Shown: positions 10,748-20,636, counted from the stretch's first letter. The stretch is 64,000 nucleotides of DNA from Candidatus Omnitrophota bacterium (GCA_020057115.1 JAGVGJ010000002.1:857-64856); one strand, 5' to 3'. Numbers and translations are program-made. Notes: generated from the letters alone by a model not told the origin.

Positions 10748-11122
10748 ATGTGGAACGGCATAAACAGAAGAAAATTCCCAAGAGCGAACTACAAGTGCGT
10801 CATCACTATTAAGAAGAGGCTTACGGCCAAGAACATATCAACGCATACCGAGAACCTCGGAGCAGGCGGGATATGCGTGCTCCTCAAAGAGGACCTCGGG
10901 CTCTTCCAGGGAGTTGACCTCGAGATAACGCTTGAAGACAGCAACATGCCGGTCAAGTGCGGCGGCACGATAGTCTGGGTAGTTAAGAAGGGCGAGCCGA
11001 AGCAGAAAGGCTCTTACCTGTATGATACCGGAATAGAATTCATCGACATAAGGCCTGAGGACAGAGACAGGATAACTGCGGTCGTTGACATGATCCTTAA
11101 AAAGAAAGTATATAGCAAGTAA
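10748..11122 (+). CDS. PilZ domain protein
   Basis: RRKFPR and NLGAGG motifs; GIEF. Confidence 0.85.
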   Translation: MWNGINRRKFPRANYKCVITIKKRLTAKNISTHTENLGAGGICVLLKEDLGLFQGVDLEITLEDSNMPVKCGGTIVWVVKKGEPKQKGSYLYDTGIEFIDIRPEDRDRITAVVDMILKKKVYSK

Positions 11123-11139
11123 AAATTCGGCTTGCGCCC

Positions 11140-11168
11140 TTGACAAAGGGCCGGGCGTATGTTATACT
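11140..11168 (+). promoter_or_regulatory. Sigma70-type promoter
   Basis: TTGACA-17 nt-TATACT upstream of the 11202 gene. Confidence 0.75.
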
Positions 11169-11201
11169 TGGTAAAATTTATAATAAAGGAGGTGAATCAA
11201 A

Positions 11202-11534
11202 ATGAAGAACGTATTAAAGGGTCTTATTATATGTGTTGCTATATTGATGGTGCTTAATATAGCGGCCTCAAGCTATGCCCAGGATCCGGCAAAGAAACTC
11301 GGAAGAGGAGTTGCCAACATCCTGACAGGCTGGGTTGAGCTTCCGAAGAACATCTACGACACGAGCGTAGAAGATAATCCTCTCTCTGGTCTGACGATCG
11401 GTCTGGCTAAGGGTTTAGGTATGACCATCGTAAGAACTGGCGCTGGAGTGTACGAAACAGTTACATTCCCGTTCCCGATACCTGAGGGCTATGCCCCGGT
11501 TTTAGAGCCGGAGTTTGTGTTTAAGGGTAAGTAA
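11202..11534 (+). CDS. Exosortase system-associated protein, TIGR04073 family
   Basis: Signal peptide; KLGRGVANILTGWVELP...GVYETVTFPFP...EPEFV; strong AAGGAGGTG RBS. Confidence 0.8.
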   Translation: MKNVLKGLIICVAILMVLNIAASSYAQDPAKKLGRGVANILTGWVELPKNIYDTSVEDNPLSGLTIGLAKGLGMTIVRTGAGVYETVTFPFPIPEGYAPVLEPEFVFKGK

Positions 11535-11549
11535 TCAGCTTACGCTGAT

Positions 11550-11593
11550 AAAAAATAAGGGGATAAAAAGAAATTTTTATCCCCTTATTTTTT
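11550..11593. terminator. Bidirectional intrinsic terminator
   Basis: Perfect inverted repeat AAAAAATAAGGGGATAAAAA / TTTTTATCCCCTTATTTTTT. Confidence 0.8.
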
Positions 11594-11657
11594 TAAAAAT
11601 TAGCTTGCAACTTATATATATTTATAATAGAATTAGGCCATTAAAAAAGGAGCGGAT

Positions 11658-12017
11658 GTGACCGAAAGAAGAAGATTCATGCGTTTTGAGACCGTGCTTA
11701 ACGCCCTGTGCGAAACGGTAAGCGAGAACGGCAGATCCTCTTCTGAAATAAAGAATATCAGCAAGGACGGCGCGCTCCTCATACTTGCAAAGCAATTAAC
11801 GCAAGGTTCGGAACTGAAACTATCGATGGATGTCCCGGGCGACAATGTGCCTGTATTCGCATCATGCGAAGTGGCCTGGCAGAAGATCTCAAGCAGTAAC
11901 GCTCCCAAAGGATATGAAACGGGAGTGAAATTCACAAAGATAGACAACGCTGACAAGGGAAGGCTCCTGGAATACATCTATACCCAGTGGTTAAAATTCT
12001 TGGATAGCTCTCGTTAG
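11658..12017 (+). CDS. PilZ domain protein
   Basis: ERRRFMR and NISKDG; GVKF. Confidence 0.85.
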   Translation: MTERRRFMRFETVLNALCETVSENGRSSSEIKNISKDGALLILAKQLTQGSELKLSMDVPGDNVPVFASCEVAWQKISSSNAPKGYETGVKFTKIDNADKGRLLEYIYTQWLKFLDSSR

Positions 12018-12052
12018 TCATATCGACGATTCATATAGGAAGGTGAGAGACA

Positions 12053-12397
12053 ATGGTTGAAGAACAGAAGAAAGAAGAAGTGAAGCCGGAACCGCAGGCC
12101 GCAGCTCCCGCTGTGCCCGCGACGCCGGCTGCCGCGCCGGCAACTCCGGATGCTCCGGCCGCTGCACCGGCAACGTCGGCCGCCGCAGCGACTCCTGCGG
12201 CTGAAAAGCCGAAGGAAGTGGCAAAGCCGCGCGGAAAAGCCGCAAGGCCGTCAAACTGCGCATCCTGCAACAAGTCCGTAAAGAAGACCCGCTGGTACTA
12301 CAGGGACGGCAAGTTCTACTGCACGAAGACCTGCTGGCAGGCTGCCGTGAAGAAACAGGAAGCCCCTAAAGAGGGCGCTGTCCCGGAAGCTAAGTAG
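12053..12397 (+). CDS. Ala/Pro-rich protein with C-terminal Cys4 (TRASH/zinc-finger-like) motif
   Basis: GGAAGGTGA RBS; CASC...FYCTKTC. Confidence 0.65.
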   Translation: MVEEQKKEEVKPEPQAAAPAVPATPAAAPATPDAPAAAPATSAAAATPAAEKPKEVAKPRGKAARPSNCASCNKSVKKTRWYYRDGKFYCTKTCWQAAVKKQEAPKEGAVPEAK

Positions 12398-12414
12398 TAC
12401 GACTTTAAGGCCTC

Positions 12415-12975
12415 ATGAAAAAATCAGAGCTATCGCCATGCCCGGCGCTATATCCGGTACCGGTCGCGCTAGTAAGCTCGATCGATAAAGCAACCGGCAA
12501 AATCAACATAATAACGATCGCATGGTGCGGCAACATATGCTCAGACCCTCCCATGGTCAGCATATCGATAAGGCCGAGCCGTCTATCCCACAGCATCATA
12601 AGCCAGACCAAAGACTTCGTGATAAATATTCCCACAAGCGATATGGCGAGGAAGGTAGATCTCTGCGGGGTCAAGTCCGGCAGGGACACCGATAAGTTCA
12701 AGGCATGCTCGCTCACGCCCGCGGCTTCGTTAAAAATATCCTCTCCCGCAATAAAAGAATGCCCGGTAAATATCGAGTGCGCGCTAAAAAGCGTGATCAA
12801 GCTCGGTACCCATGACATGTTCATAGGCGAGGTCCTTACGGTGCGCGCGGACGAGAGCATCATGGGCGAGAACGGCGCCATAGACTACGCCAAAGCAAGG
12901 CCGTTTACATACAACCAGGGCGAATACTGGGACCTCGGCAAAAATATCGGAAGCCACGGTTTTTCCTCCCGCTAA
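12415..12975 (+). CDS. Flavin reductase family protein
   Basis: LYPVPVALV, CGVKSGRDTDKF, IKECPVNIEC and GTHDMFIGEV. Confidence 0.9.
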   Translation: MKKSELSPCPALYPVPVALVSSIDKATGKINIITIAWCGNICSDPPMVSISIRPSRLSHSIISQTKDFVINIPTSDMARKVDLCGVKSGRDTDKFKACSLTPAASLKISSPAIKECPVNIECALKSVIKLGTHDMFIGEVLTVRADESIMGENGAIDYAKARPFTYNQGEYWDLGKNIGSHGFSSR

Positions 12976-13022
12976 ACCATCCTTTTGAGTTTTATCCGGA
13001 ACTGTGATACAATATACCCACA

Positions 13023-13373
13023 ATGCAAAAAGACGACTGCATCTTCTGCAAGATAGCCGCTAAGAAGATACCTTCGAAGGCTGTATATGAGGACGACGAG
13101 ATAGTCGCGTTCGAGGACATAAATCCCCAGGCGCCGGTCCATATCGTCGTTATCTCAAAGAACCATATTGAGAAGCTGTCGGATCTCGCCGAAAAAGACT
13201 CTCAGCTTGCAGGCAGGATGGTCATGGCGGCTAAGAATATCGCTAAGGAGAACGGCATACAGGAGTCGGGTTATCGTATTGTCATGAACTGCAATAAAGA
13301 CGGCGGGCAGGCCGTATTTCACCTGCACCTGCACCTGTTGGGCGGCAGGGCGATGAAGTGGCCTCCCGGATAA
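13023..13373 (+). CDS. hinT: Histidine triad (HIT) nucleotide-binding protein
   Basis: CIFCKI, DINPQAPVH and HLHLHLLGG. Confidence 0.92.
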   Translation: MQKDDCIFCKIAAKKIPSKAVYEDDEIVAFEDINPQAPVHIVVISKNHIEKLSDLAEKDSQLAGRMVMAAKNIAKENGIQESGYRIVMNCNKDGGQAVFHLHLHLLGGRAMKWPPG

Positions 13374-13385
13374 AAGGAGAATGAA

Positions 13386-13748
13386 ATGGTAAAAGTGGAA
13401 AGAAGGGGAGCCCCGAGGGCGCCGGAAAAAGATCTCGCGATGAAACTTAAGCTCGGAGAGCTTGATACCGCGATCTACGCATTGAACATAAGCGCGTCCG
13501 GCGCTTATTGCAAGATCGACAAGGAAGTGCCCCTCATGTCGAGAGTGAAGATAGTAATAATGCTCCCCGACCCCGAAAAGGCGGGCTCGCCCACAAGGCG
13601 CATCGAGGTCACCGGCGTCGTTGTCAGGGAACATCCTGTAGTCGTCGACGGCAAGACGCAGCATTATGATCTGGCCATATTCTTCGAGGATATCTCGCAG
13701 AAGGACAGAGAGGCCATCGCCAGCTACGTCTCGAAAAAGACGGCCTAG
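13386..13748 (+). CDS. PilZ domain protein
   Basis: ERRGAPR and NISASG. Confidence 0.8.
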   Translation: MVKVERRGAPRAPEKDLAMKLKLGELDTAIYALNISASGAYCKIDKEVPLMSRVKIVIMLPDPEKAGSPTRRIEVTGVVVREHPVVVDGKTQHYDLAIFFEDISQKDREAIASYVSKKTA

Positions 13749-13750
13749 AG

Positions 13751-14473
13751 ATGGGCGGGATCCACTCCCCTGACAGGGTTAAGCTTATCGCCGGGCTCAT
13801 CTCAAACGATCCGGAAATGTTTTCCCGGCTCAAGAGACCCCTGGAGCGCCTTTTAAAAAACCTCATAGACTACGAAAGCCCGATACTGGACTTTGACAAG
13901 ACCAGTTATTACAAAGAGGAGATGGGACCGGGCTTAAAGAGGATATTCTTCGGCTTCAAGGATCTGATAGGTCTTGACGGCGCTTACAAAATAAAGATAA
14001 AGACTAATGCGCTGGAGCGGAAGCTGTCGAAATGCGGGAAAAGGACCGTTAACATAGACCCAGGCTATCTCGACATGGCCAAGCTAGTCCTCTTCTCGAC
14101 AAAAGATTACACGCACAGGATACACCTTAATAAAGGCATATACGCCGAAGTGACGCTCCATTATAAGAACGGAGCTTTCGATATATGGCCCTGGACATAC
14201 CCCGACTACCAGAGCCGCGAATATCGCGAAATATTCGAAAATATGCGGGGGATATACAAGAAACAGACAAGGTCGCCTGACATGCTTATAAAAACGAAAA
14301 GCCTTATAGTCGCGCTCCTCTCGAGTTTCCTGATAGCGCTGGTCCTGTTATTGACGCTGGCATCATACCTTATTTATATGGAGCTAAAGACCAGAGAGTC
14401 CGAATCCTCATACCAAAAACTTATGATCAGGCTGAAGGCCAGCGAAAGAGCGGCTCAGACAGTCGGGAAATAG
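13751..14473 (+). CDS. DUF4416 family protein with C-terminal TM extension
   Basis: YYKEEMG, RTVNIDPGYL, STKDYTHRI and WTYPDY. Confidence 0.8.
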   Translation: MGGIHSPDRVKLIAGLISNDPEMFSRLKRPLERLLKNLIDYESPILDFDKTSYYKEEMGPGLKRIFFGFKDLIGLDGAYKIKIKTNALERKLSKCGKRTVNIDPGYLDMAKLVLFSTKDYTHRIHLNKGIYAEVTLHYKNGAFDIWPWTYPDYQSREYREIFENMRGIYKKQTRSPDMLIKTKSLIVALLSSFLIALVLLLTLASYLIYMELKTRESESSYQKLMIRLKASERAAQTVGK

Positions 14474-14498
14474 GCTATAATAAAAAGGCACATATCTT

Positions 14499-16211
14499 TT
14501 GAGAAAATTCTACTTCTTCTTAATAACGGGTTTTATAGCCTGCGTGCTCCTGTTCGTCGGGTCGTTCTTCTATCTCGACAGCCAGAAGCGCAATGTCTAC
14601 CATTTTGTAGTGAGCCTCAAGGGCCATGATATCGGCACGATAAAGATAGACAAATTCGTGACCGAAGAGAAGCGCCTCTATAAATCCTGGTCGGAGATGC
14701 CGTTCAATCCGGTATTCGATTCGGACAAGACGAGGATGGTCTTTGACAAGGACTATAAACTCGAGACCTATTCCTATGAGCGATCGGGTTCCGGCGCCAG
14801 CGAGGCCATCCAGATCGAAAATAGCGATAACCGCGTATCTTTCATCTCTATAGCAAGGTCGAAGTTCTCCTATCTGCGCGATATGCCCATAAGAGACATG
14901 ACATTCGTCTTTAAGGAGGATTCTCCGGTCACGTATCTTCCTTTGATAGAGAATTATGATTTCCGCAGAGGCAAGTCCCAGGGTTTCGACGCGATAACGC
15001 CATTCTCCGAGCTATATCCTCCCATGAAACGGTTCGTCACGCTTACATCCATAAGGAATGAATATATCAAGGTTGACAGGCGCAAGATAAAGACAGAGTG
15101 TCTGCTCCTTAAGATAAGGAACTATCCCCAGGGGACCGTCTGGGTCGCAAGGTCGGACAGGAGCATAATAATGATCGACCTGCCGACAGCCGGCATAACG
15201 ATACGCAGATCTTTCCTGCCGAAAAACATATCGGCTGTCGAGTATTCGCCGGACATGGAGAGAGCCTCTGTTAAAGACGTGAAATTCCCGGGTAAAGGCG
15301 GTGAGCTGGCCGGCACGCTATACATGCCGAAGATCGAAGGCAAGCGCCCGGCTGTCATCCTTGTATGGGGAGACGGGCCCGAAAAGGGCGCATACCAGGG
15401 GCTCTTTTCATCCATGGCCGCAGGGCTGGCAAAGGAGGGGTTTATTGCGCTCACGTTCGACAAGCGCGGGGTCGGCGGAAGCGGCGGCGATCCTAACACA
15501 ACTACGGATACTGATGCGGTGGATGACATAGGCTCAGCCGTAGACTTCTTAAAGGCAGAGAAGGATGTCGACCCGGACAAGATAGCCCTCATCGGACATT
15601 CGAAAGGTTCTTTCTACGCTTCGAGGGTCTGCTCGTCCAGAGACGACATAAAGGCTCTTGTGTTCATCGCCCCGAGAGCATCGCTTGAGTCGAAGCAGCA
15701 GGCAACGGACTTCGCAGATCTCATCGAAATGGCCAAAAGATACGGTTGGAGCGAAGATTATCTCAAGAGTGTCATGAAGTCCCAGGTAGAGACCCTCGAT
15801 AAAGCCAGGAACGCAAAGCGCGGCCGTGTTTCGCTACTGGGGAAGCGCTGTTTCGCAGGGAAGATGCAGGAAGAGATGTCCGAAGACCCGATAGCCGTGG
15901 CCGGAAAGATAAAGGCGCCTGTCCTCATATTGCAGGGGAAGGAAGACGGCATATCGCTTGCCGATTCGGCCGCAAAGATAGATAAGGCTCTTGAAGAGAG
16001 CGGCAATAAGGACCACACGCTTACATACTTCGGTTATCTTGATCACTTCATGGCGGCAAGCATAATAGATGGCAAGCATAAGATCCATTATGTGACAGAC
16101 CCATCGGTGGTCGATGCGACAAAGAAGTGGCTTGATGAAGCGCTGGCCGAACCGCCCCCAGAGGCCGCACCAGTGGCTACACCGGCGGCTGCAGCAGAAA
16201 ACACGACCTAG
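14499..16211 (+). CDS. Membrane-anchored alpha/beta hydrolase with uncharacterised N-terminal domain
   Basis: N-terminal TM; DKRGVGGSGG, GHSKG nucleophile, PVLILQGKED and LDH. Confidence 0.8.
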   Translation: MRKFYFFLITGFIACVLLFVGSFFYLDSQKRNVYHFVVSLKGHDIGTIKIDKFVTEEKRLYKSWSEMPFNPVFDSDKTRMVFDKDYKLETYSYERSGSGASEAIQIENSDNRVSFISIARSKFSYLRDMPIRDMTFVFKEDSPVTYLPLIENYDFRRGKSQGFDAITPFSELYPPMKRFVTLTSIRNEYIKVDRRKIKTECLLLKIRNYPQGTVWVARSDRSIIMIDLPTAGITIRRSFLPKNISAVEYSPDMERASVKDVKFPGKGGELAGTLYMPKIEGKRPAVILVWGDGPEKGAYQGLFSSMAAGLAKEGFIALTFDKRGVGGSGGDPNTTTDTDAVDDIGSAVDFLKAEKDVDPDKIALIGHSKGSFYASRVCSSRDDIKALVFIAPRASLESKQQATDFADLIEMAKRYGWSEDYLKSVMKSQVETLDKARNAKRGRVSLLGKRCFAGKMQEEMSEDPIAVAGKIKAPVLILQGKEDGISLADSAAKIDKALEESGNKDHTLTYFGYLDHFMAASIIDGKHKIHYVTDPSVVDATKKWLDEALAEPPPEAAPVATPAAAAENTT

Positions 16212-16316
16212 AAATTGTTTGACTTTATATCAAAATTATGATATGATATATCGCTTGCAGGGTTATTATTGTAAGAGACGATGATAGCCCTGCTTTTTAA
16301 TTCAATAAGGATACCC

Positions 16317-16700
16317 ATGGACAAGATAAAGGATAAGCTGATCGAAAGACGCCGATATATAAGGCTCGAGGTGCCGCTTAAAGTAACTTATACCATACCC
16401 GAGCTTCATAAAATATACACGGCTGTAGCCAAGAACATATCTGCGGACGGCATAAGGTTCGAGACCCACGAAAGGGCCATCAAGGAATCAAGCGTGATAG
16501 AGCTTAAGCTCGACATCCCGAACGTGGCCAGCGCCGTACATATCAAGGGGCGCGTCATATGGAAATCGAAACTTTCCTTGGAGGACAGCGCGCCGTTCGA
16601 CGTCGGCGTGGAATTCCTCGAAATAGAGGATGACAACAAGAATACCTTCCTCAAATTCCTGTGCGATCTGATCTACAGCCTGCCAGAGGATGCAAAATAA
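16317..16700 (+). CDS. PilZ domain protein
   Basis: ERRRYIR and NISADG; GVEF; start uncertain (16281 possible). Confidence 0.85.
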   Translation: MDKIKDKLIERRRYIRLEVPLKVTYTIPELHKIYTAVAKNISADGIRFETHERAIKESSVIELKLDIPNVASAVHIKGRVIWKSKLSLEDSAPFDVGVEFLEIEDDNKNTFLKFLCDLIYSLPEDAK

Positions 16701-16703
16701 CTT

Positions 16704-17078
16704 ATGCTAAGAATAATGTGCAAATCCAAGATCCACAGGGCGACCCTCACAAAGGTTGACCTCCATTACGAGGGCTCGATAGGCATCGACAAGGATCTGC
16801 TTGCGGCAAGCGACATCTACCCGGGAGAGATAGTCCAGGTGGTGAATGTAAATAACGGCTCGAGGTTCGAGACATACGCCTTCGAAGAGAAAGCCGGCTC
16901 AGGCACGATAGGCCTTTACGGAGCCGCGGCCCATCTTGGCAAGATAGGCGATCTTGTCATAATACTATCAAATTGCCTTCTGGAAGAGAAGAAGGCCAAG
17001 AAACTTAAGATGAAACGCATCCTGGTCGATCCAAAGAACAGGATAAAATCCAAAGACAGATGGCTAGCCTCCCAATAA
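16704..17078 (+). CDS. panD: Aspartate 1-decarboxylase
   Basis: KSKIHRAT, YEGSI cleavage site, NGSRFETY and GAAA. Confidence 0.93.
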   Translation: MLRIMCKSKIHRATLTKVDLHYEGSIGIDKDLLAASDIYPGEIVQVVNVNNGSRFETYAFEEKAGSGTIGLYGAAAHLGKIGDLVIILSNCLLEEKKAKKLKMKRILVDPKNRIKSKDRWLASQ

Positions 17079-17533
17079 AGAAACTCCCAAACAGCGTACT
17101 GAGAAAAAAAGCTCGAGCGGTCGGTGAAGTGACCGACGCGGAACGGAAGACCCTCGCCGACATGGCGGAGACTATGTACCTTAATAACGGAGTGGGCCTG
17201 GCAGCGCAGCAGGTCGGCATCGATAAGCAGCTTGCCGTGGTCGACGCGGGAGACGGGCTTATGAAGATGATAAATCCGTGCATAGTCAAGCGCGAGGGAA
17301 CGGTGTCGCAGGAAGAGGGCTGCCTGAGCGTCCCCGAGCTCTCGGTAAAGGTGAAGCGTTCGGCAAAGATAACGGCAGAATTCCTTAATGAGAACGGCGA
17401 GGTCTTGAGGATAACCGCCGACGGGCTGCTTGCAAGGGTGATACAGCATGAGCTCGACCACCTTAATGGAAAGCTGATAGTGGATTACCTAGGGCCGCTG
17501 CGAAAGTTATTCGCGAAGAAAAATAGGCCTTGA
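17060..17533 (+). CDS. def: Peptide deformylase
   Basis: GVGLAAQQ, EGCLS and QHELDHLNG. Confidence 0.95.
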   Translation: MASLPIKKLPNSVLRKKARAVGEVTDAERKTLADMAETMYLNNGVGLAAQQVGIDKQLAVVDAGDGLMKMINPCIVKREGTVSQEEGCLSVPELSVKVKRSAKITAEFLNENGEVLRITADGLLARVIQHELDHLNGKLIVDYLGPLRKLFAKKNRP

Positions 17534-17558
17534 CGAATATTAAAAAACGCTATAAGAT
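17530..17558 (+). promoter_or_regulatory. Sigma70-type promoter for the csp gene
   Basis: TTGACG-17 nt-TAAGAT. Confidence 0.55.
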
Positions 17559-17726
17559 GTTATTTTACGAACCGGACAGGATATAGTTAGCAGGTATTTT
17601 GGTGTTCAATATTTTGCATAACTAACGCAGCAGCCATTCAGCCTTTCTCTAAAAAAGAGAAGAGCTTTGGGTGGCTATTTTTATTTTAGGCGTAAATCAT
17701 ATCCGAAAGGAGGTGTAGAAAGAAAA

Positions 17727-17930
17727 ATGGCTCAAGGTTCAGTAAAGTGGTTCAATGATAAGAAGGGCTTTGGCTTCATCATATCCGAGGATGGCAAGGA
17801 TGTATTTGTTCATCACACGGCTATTGAAGGCGAAGGTTATAAAAGCCTGAAAGAAGGGGAGAAGGTTCAGTTCGAGATAGTCCAGGGTCCGAAGGGGGAC
17901 CAGGCAACGAAAGTTGTTAAGCTGTCGTAA
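17727..17930 (+). CDS. cspA: Cold-shock protein
   Basis: [13 protein letters not shown] and DVFVHH RNP motifs; AAGGAGGTG RBS. Confidence 0.93.
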   Translation: MAQGSVKWFNDKKGFGFIISEDGKDVFVHHTAIEGEGYKSLKEGEKVQFEIVQGPKGDQATKVVKLS

Positions 17931-18061
17931 GAATTGTTTACCGTTATTACCTCTTTAGTAAAGATAGCGACTTTTCATGCATCCGGTAAGTATTTTCATT
18001 GGATTTGGTAAAAGAAAAGGGCGTGAAGGGGATTTATTTCCCAAAAACGGCATAAATACAT

Positions 18062-18508
18062 ATGGCGCTATATAAAAACATAGAAGATGATATGAAAGCT
18101 GCCCTTAAGCAAGGTGATGCTCTTAAGCTATCTACATTAAGGATGCTTATTTCGTCTGTTAGGATGCTGGAGCTCGAGAAACAGCTGAAAAGCATCGAAG
18201 ACGGCGATGTAATACAGATACTGCAAAAGCATGCAAAGCAGCGCAAGGAGTCGATAGACCAGTTTACCAAGGGCAACCGCCCGGAACTGGCCGAGAAAGA
18301 GGCGAAGGAGCTCAAGATCCTGGAAGCATACCTCCCCAAACAGCTCAGTGAAGAAGAGCTGATGGCCGTTATCCGCCAGGCTATGACCGATACCGGCGCC
18401 TCGACCAAGGCCGATATGGGCAAAGTGATGAAAGCCGTTACGGAAAAGACCAGGGGTAAGGCTGATGGCAAAGTCGTAAGCCAGCTTGTCGCCGGGCTGC
18501 TCAAATGA
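18062..18508 (+). CDS. yqeY: GatB/YqeY domain protein
   Basis: DMKAALK, KQRKESI, YLPKQLSEEE, DMGKVMK and ADGK. Confidence 0.92.
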   Translation: MALYKNIEDDMKAALKQGDALKLSTLRMLISSVRMLELEKQLKSIEDGDVIQILQKHAKQRKESIDQFTKGNRPELAEKEAKELKILEAYLPKQLSEEELMAVIRQAMTDTGASTKADMGKVMKAVTEKTRGKADGKVVSQLVAGLLK

Positions 18509-18597
18509 TCCTCCCCAGATAATACCGAAGGCTCCTAAGTTTTCCTTGATTATATTACCGATTTGTTGTATAGTAATCCGCGTGAAAGGAGGGAAAA

Positions 18598-18984
18598 ATG
18601 GGAAAAAGACTTTTAAGCGTATTCTGCGTAATCTTGGCCTTGTCATTTGTCGTCCTTTCGTTCTCGTACGCTGCTGAAACACAGCAGTCGGTCGGGGCAA
18701 AGGCTAAAAATTTCTGGCAGAGATTATTCAACTATCCTGCAAACGTGACGAAAGATACAGCCAATATCGTCGGCGAAGCCGGAAAGAGCACCGTCAACAC
18801 CGTAACTACCGAAGTGAAGACGATCGGTCAGGTCACTTCAGGCGATGTCGCAAAGACTTCTGATCTCGTCACCGAGCCCGTAAAGGCGACTGGCGAAGCC
18901 ACTTACAATGCCGTAAAAGACACAGCTAACATGCCTGTTGAGGCAGCGAAGCAGTCTAATCCGGACGCAGCAGAGACGAAGTAA
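18598..18984 (+). CDS. Hypothetical secreted protein
   Basis: AAGGAGGG RBS; signal peptide; followed by a terminator. Confidence 0.7.
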   Translation: MGKRLLSVFCVILALSFVVLSFSYAAETQQSVGAKAKNFWQRLFNYPANVTKDTANIVGEAGKSTVNTVTTEVKTIGQVTSGDVAKTSDLVTEPVKATGEATYNAVKDTANMPVEAAKQSNPDAAETK

Positions 18985-19001
18985 CAGCTCTTAAATGAGT
19001 G

Positions 19002-19044
19002 AGAAAAAGCCATATCTTCACTTAAAGAAGATATGGCTTTTTCT
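19002..19044. terminator. Bidirectional intrinsic terminator
   Basis: AGAAAAAGCCATATCTTC / GAAGATATGGCTTTTTCT inverted repeat. Confidence 0.8.
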
Positions 19045-19065
19045 GCAAAAACGATCGAATATCTT

Positions 19066-19590
19066 ATGAGACAGATAGTTCCATCCATAATAGCAGCTGC
19101 CATCCTGTCCTCGCTGCTCACTGCAATTCTCTTCCAGCCGGTGTCACTGGCCGTCTTTAAGCTTAGGGAGCCGTATTTTAAATACCCGATAAAGACAGCG
19201 GACGGGACGCTCACCATCCGCGAGGACGAGCTCGGAAGCGGCGAGTATGGCTCCAAAAGGGCCGGAGGGCGCGCCCATGACGGGATAGACATATTGGCCG
19301 ATGAAGGCACGCCGGTATGCGCCGCCAAAAGCGGCATAGCGTTCCGTCTTACTGTTCCCACCGGCTACGGGAAATATGTTATGATATATCATCCGGACCG
19401 TACGCAGAGCCTCTACAGCCACCTGAAGGATTACAATGTCATCTCCACGCAGAATGTCAGGCAGGGCGACGTCATAGGCTTCGTGGGAAAGACCGGAAAT
19501 GCGGGCGCCGCAATGATGCATGCGCACCTGCATTTCGAGATAAGAAAGAACGCCGTGTGCGTAGATCCAAAACCCCTCATGAGGAGATAG
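19066..19590 (+). CDS. M23 family metallopeptidase
   Basis: HDGID, YSHL, GKTGNA and HLHFEIR; start placed after the terminator. Confidence 0.9.
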   Translation: MRQIVPSIIAAAILSSLLTAILFQPVSLAVFKLREPYFKYPIKTADGTLTIREDELGSGEYGSKRAGGRAHDGIDILADEGTPVCAAKSGIAFRLTVPTGYGKYVMIYHPDRTQSLYSHLKDYNVISTQNVRQGDVIGFVGKTGNAGAAMMHAHLHFEIRKNAVCVDPKPLMRR

Positions 19591-19591
19591 G

Positions 19592-20626
19592 ATGCATAAA
19601 AAACCTCCGGTCAAAAAGGATTGTTCCGCCAAAGGCTGTTACAAGTATGCGCTTGCCTTAAGCGAGCACTGCTGGGGCCATCTTCCCGATAAAAATGAGT
19701 ACCGGACGGCCCTTATCAAGGCCATCGACAGCGGGCAGGACTTGAGCGGAGAGAATCTTGAAAAGGTGGATCTAAGCGGCGCGCATATTGAAAAGGCGCT
19801 CCTATCAAGGGTGAACCTCTCGCAGGCGAACCTATCTGGAACACGGCTCTTCGATTCGAAGCTTGAGAACGCCGATCTGATAGGTGCCGATCTCACGGAT
19901 TCGGATCTTTCACATTGCGATATGCATGGTAGCGACCTCACGAAAGCAACGCTCGTCCGCGCGAGGTTGTGGAATACTGACCTGATGGGCTCTAACCTCA
20001 CGGAGGCAGACCTTTCCGGAGCGGATCTCTGGAGCGCGAAGCTATACAATGCCAGGTTGTGGCATACGACTTTCGCCGGAGCGAAATCTCTCGCCAAAAA
20101 GAATTTCTCTAAAGGCTCCGGCTCGCTCTCCAAGACCGTCATGATAAACGAGAGCGGCATTTTGTCTGCAGAAGAGGCCTATCGGGACCTTAAAGGATAC
20201 TTTATCTTGAACGGCATGTATAATGACGCCAGCTGGGCCGCCTTCAGGGAGAAGGCGATGGAACGCAAGATCTTCCTGAAGAGGGGCGACCTTAACTACA
20301 TACCAAGCCTTATCATGAACCTCTTGTGCGGATACGGCGAAAAACCTTACAGGATAATAATATCCGCCTTCGGCGCCATATGCCTCTTCGCGGCGCTCTA
20401 TGCGGCGCTCGGCTCCGTCCAGAACGCCTCGTCTCCGGACTATCTGATGAAGTGGAGCGATTACTTGTATTATTCCACCATAACATTCACGACCGTAGGA
20501 TACGGCGATTTTATCCCGAAACCCGGAACGCTATACAGGCTCCTGGCGGCGACCGAAGCATTCATGGGCATCTATGTGATGGGTCTTTTCATATTCACGC
20601 TGTCGAGGAAGTACTCGGGAAGGTAG
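19592..20626 (+). CDS. Pentapeptide-repeat protein with C-terminal ion-channel (Ion_trans_2) domain
   Basis: A(D/N)LxG pentapeptide repeats; GYGEKP; TFTTVGYGDF filter-like motif between TM helices. Confidence 0.82.
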   Translation: MHKKPPVKKDCSAKGCYKYALALSEHCWGHLPDKNEYRTALIKAIDSGQDLSGENLEKVDLSGAHIEKALLSRVNLSQANLSGTRLFDSKLENADLIGADLTDSDLSHCDMHGSDLTKATLVRARLWNTDLMGSNLTEADLSGADLWSAKLYNARLWHTTFAGAKSLAKKNFSKGSGSLSKTVMINESGILSAEEAYRDLKGYFILNGMYNDASWAAFREKAMERKIFLKRGDLNYIPSLIMNLLCGYGEKPYRIIISAFGAICLFAALYAALGSVQNASSPDYLMKWSDYLYYSTITFTTVGYGDFIPKPGTLYRLLAATEAFMGIYVMGLFIFTLSRKYSGR

Positions 20627-20636
20627 CATAGCGGCT

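Noticed and set aside
12095-12215. GC-rich repetitive stretch as a DNA repeat element
   Set aside because: It encodes an Ala/Pro linker within a CDS.
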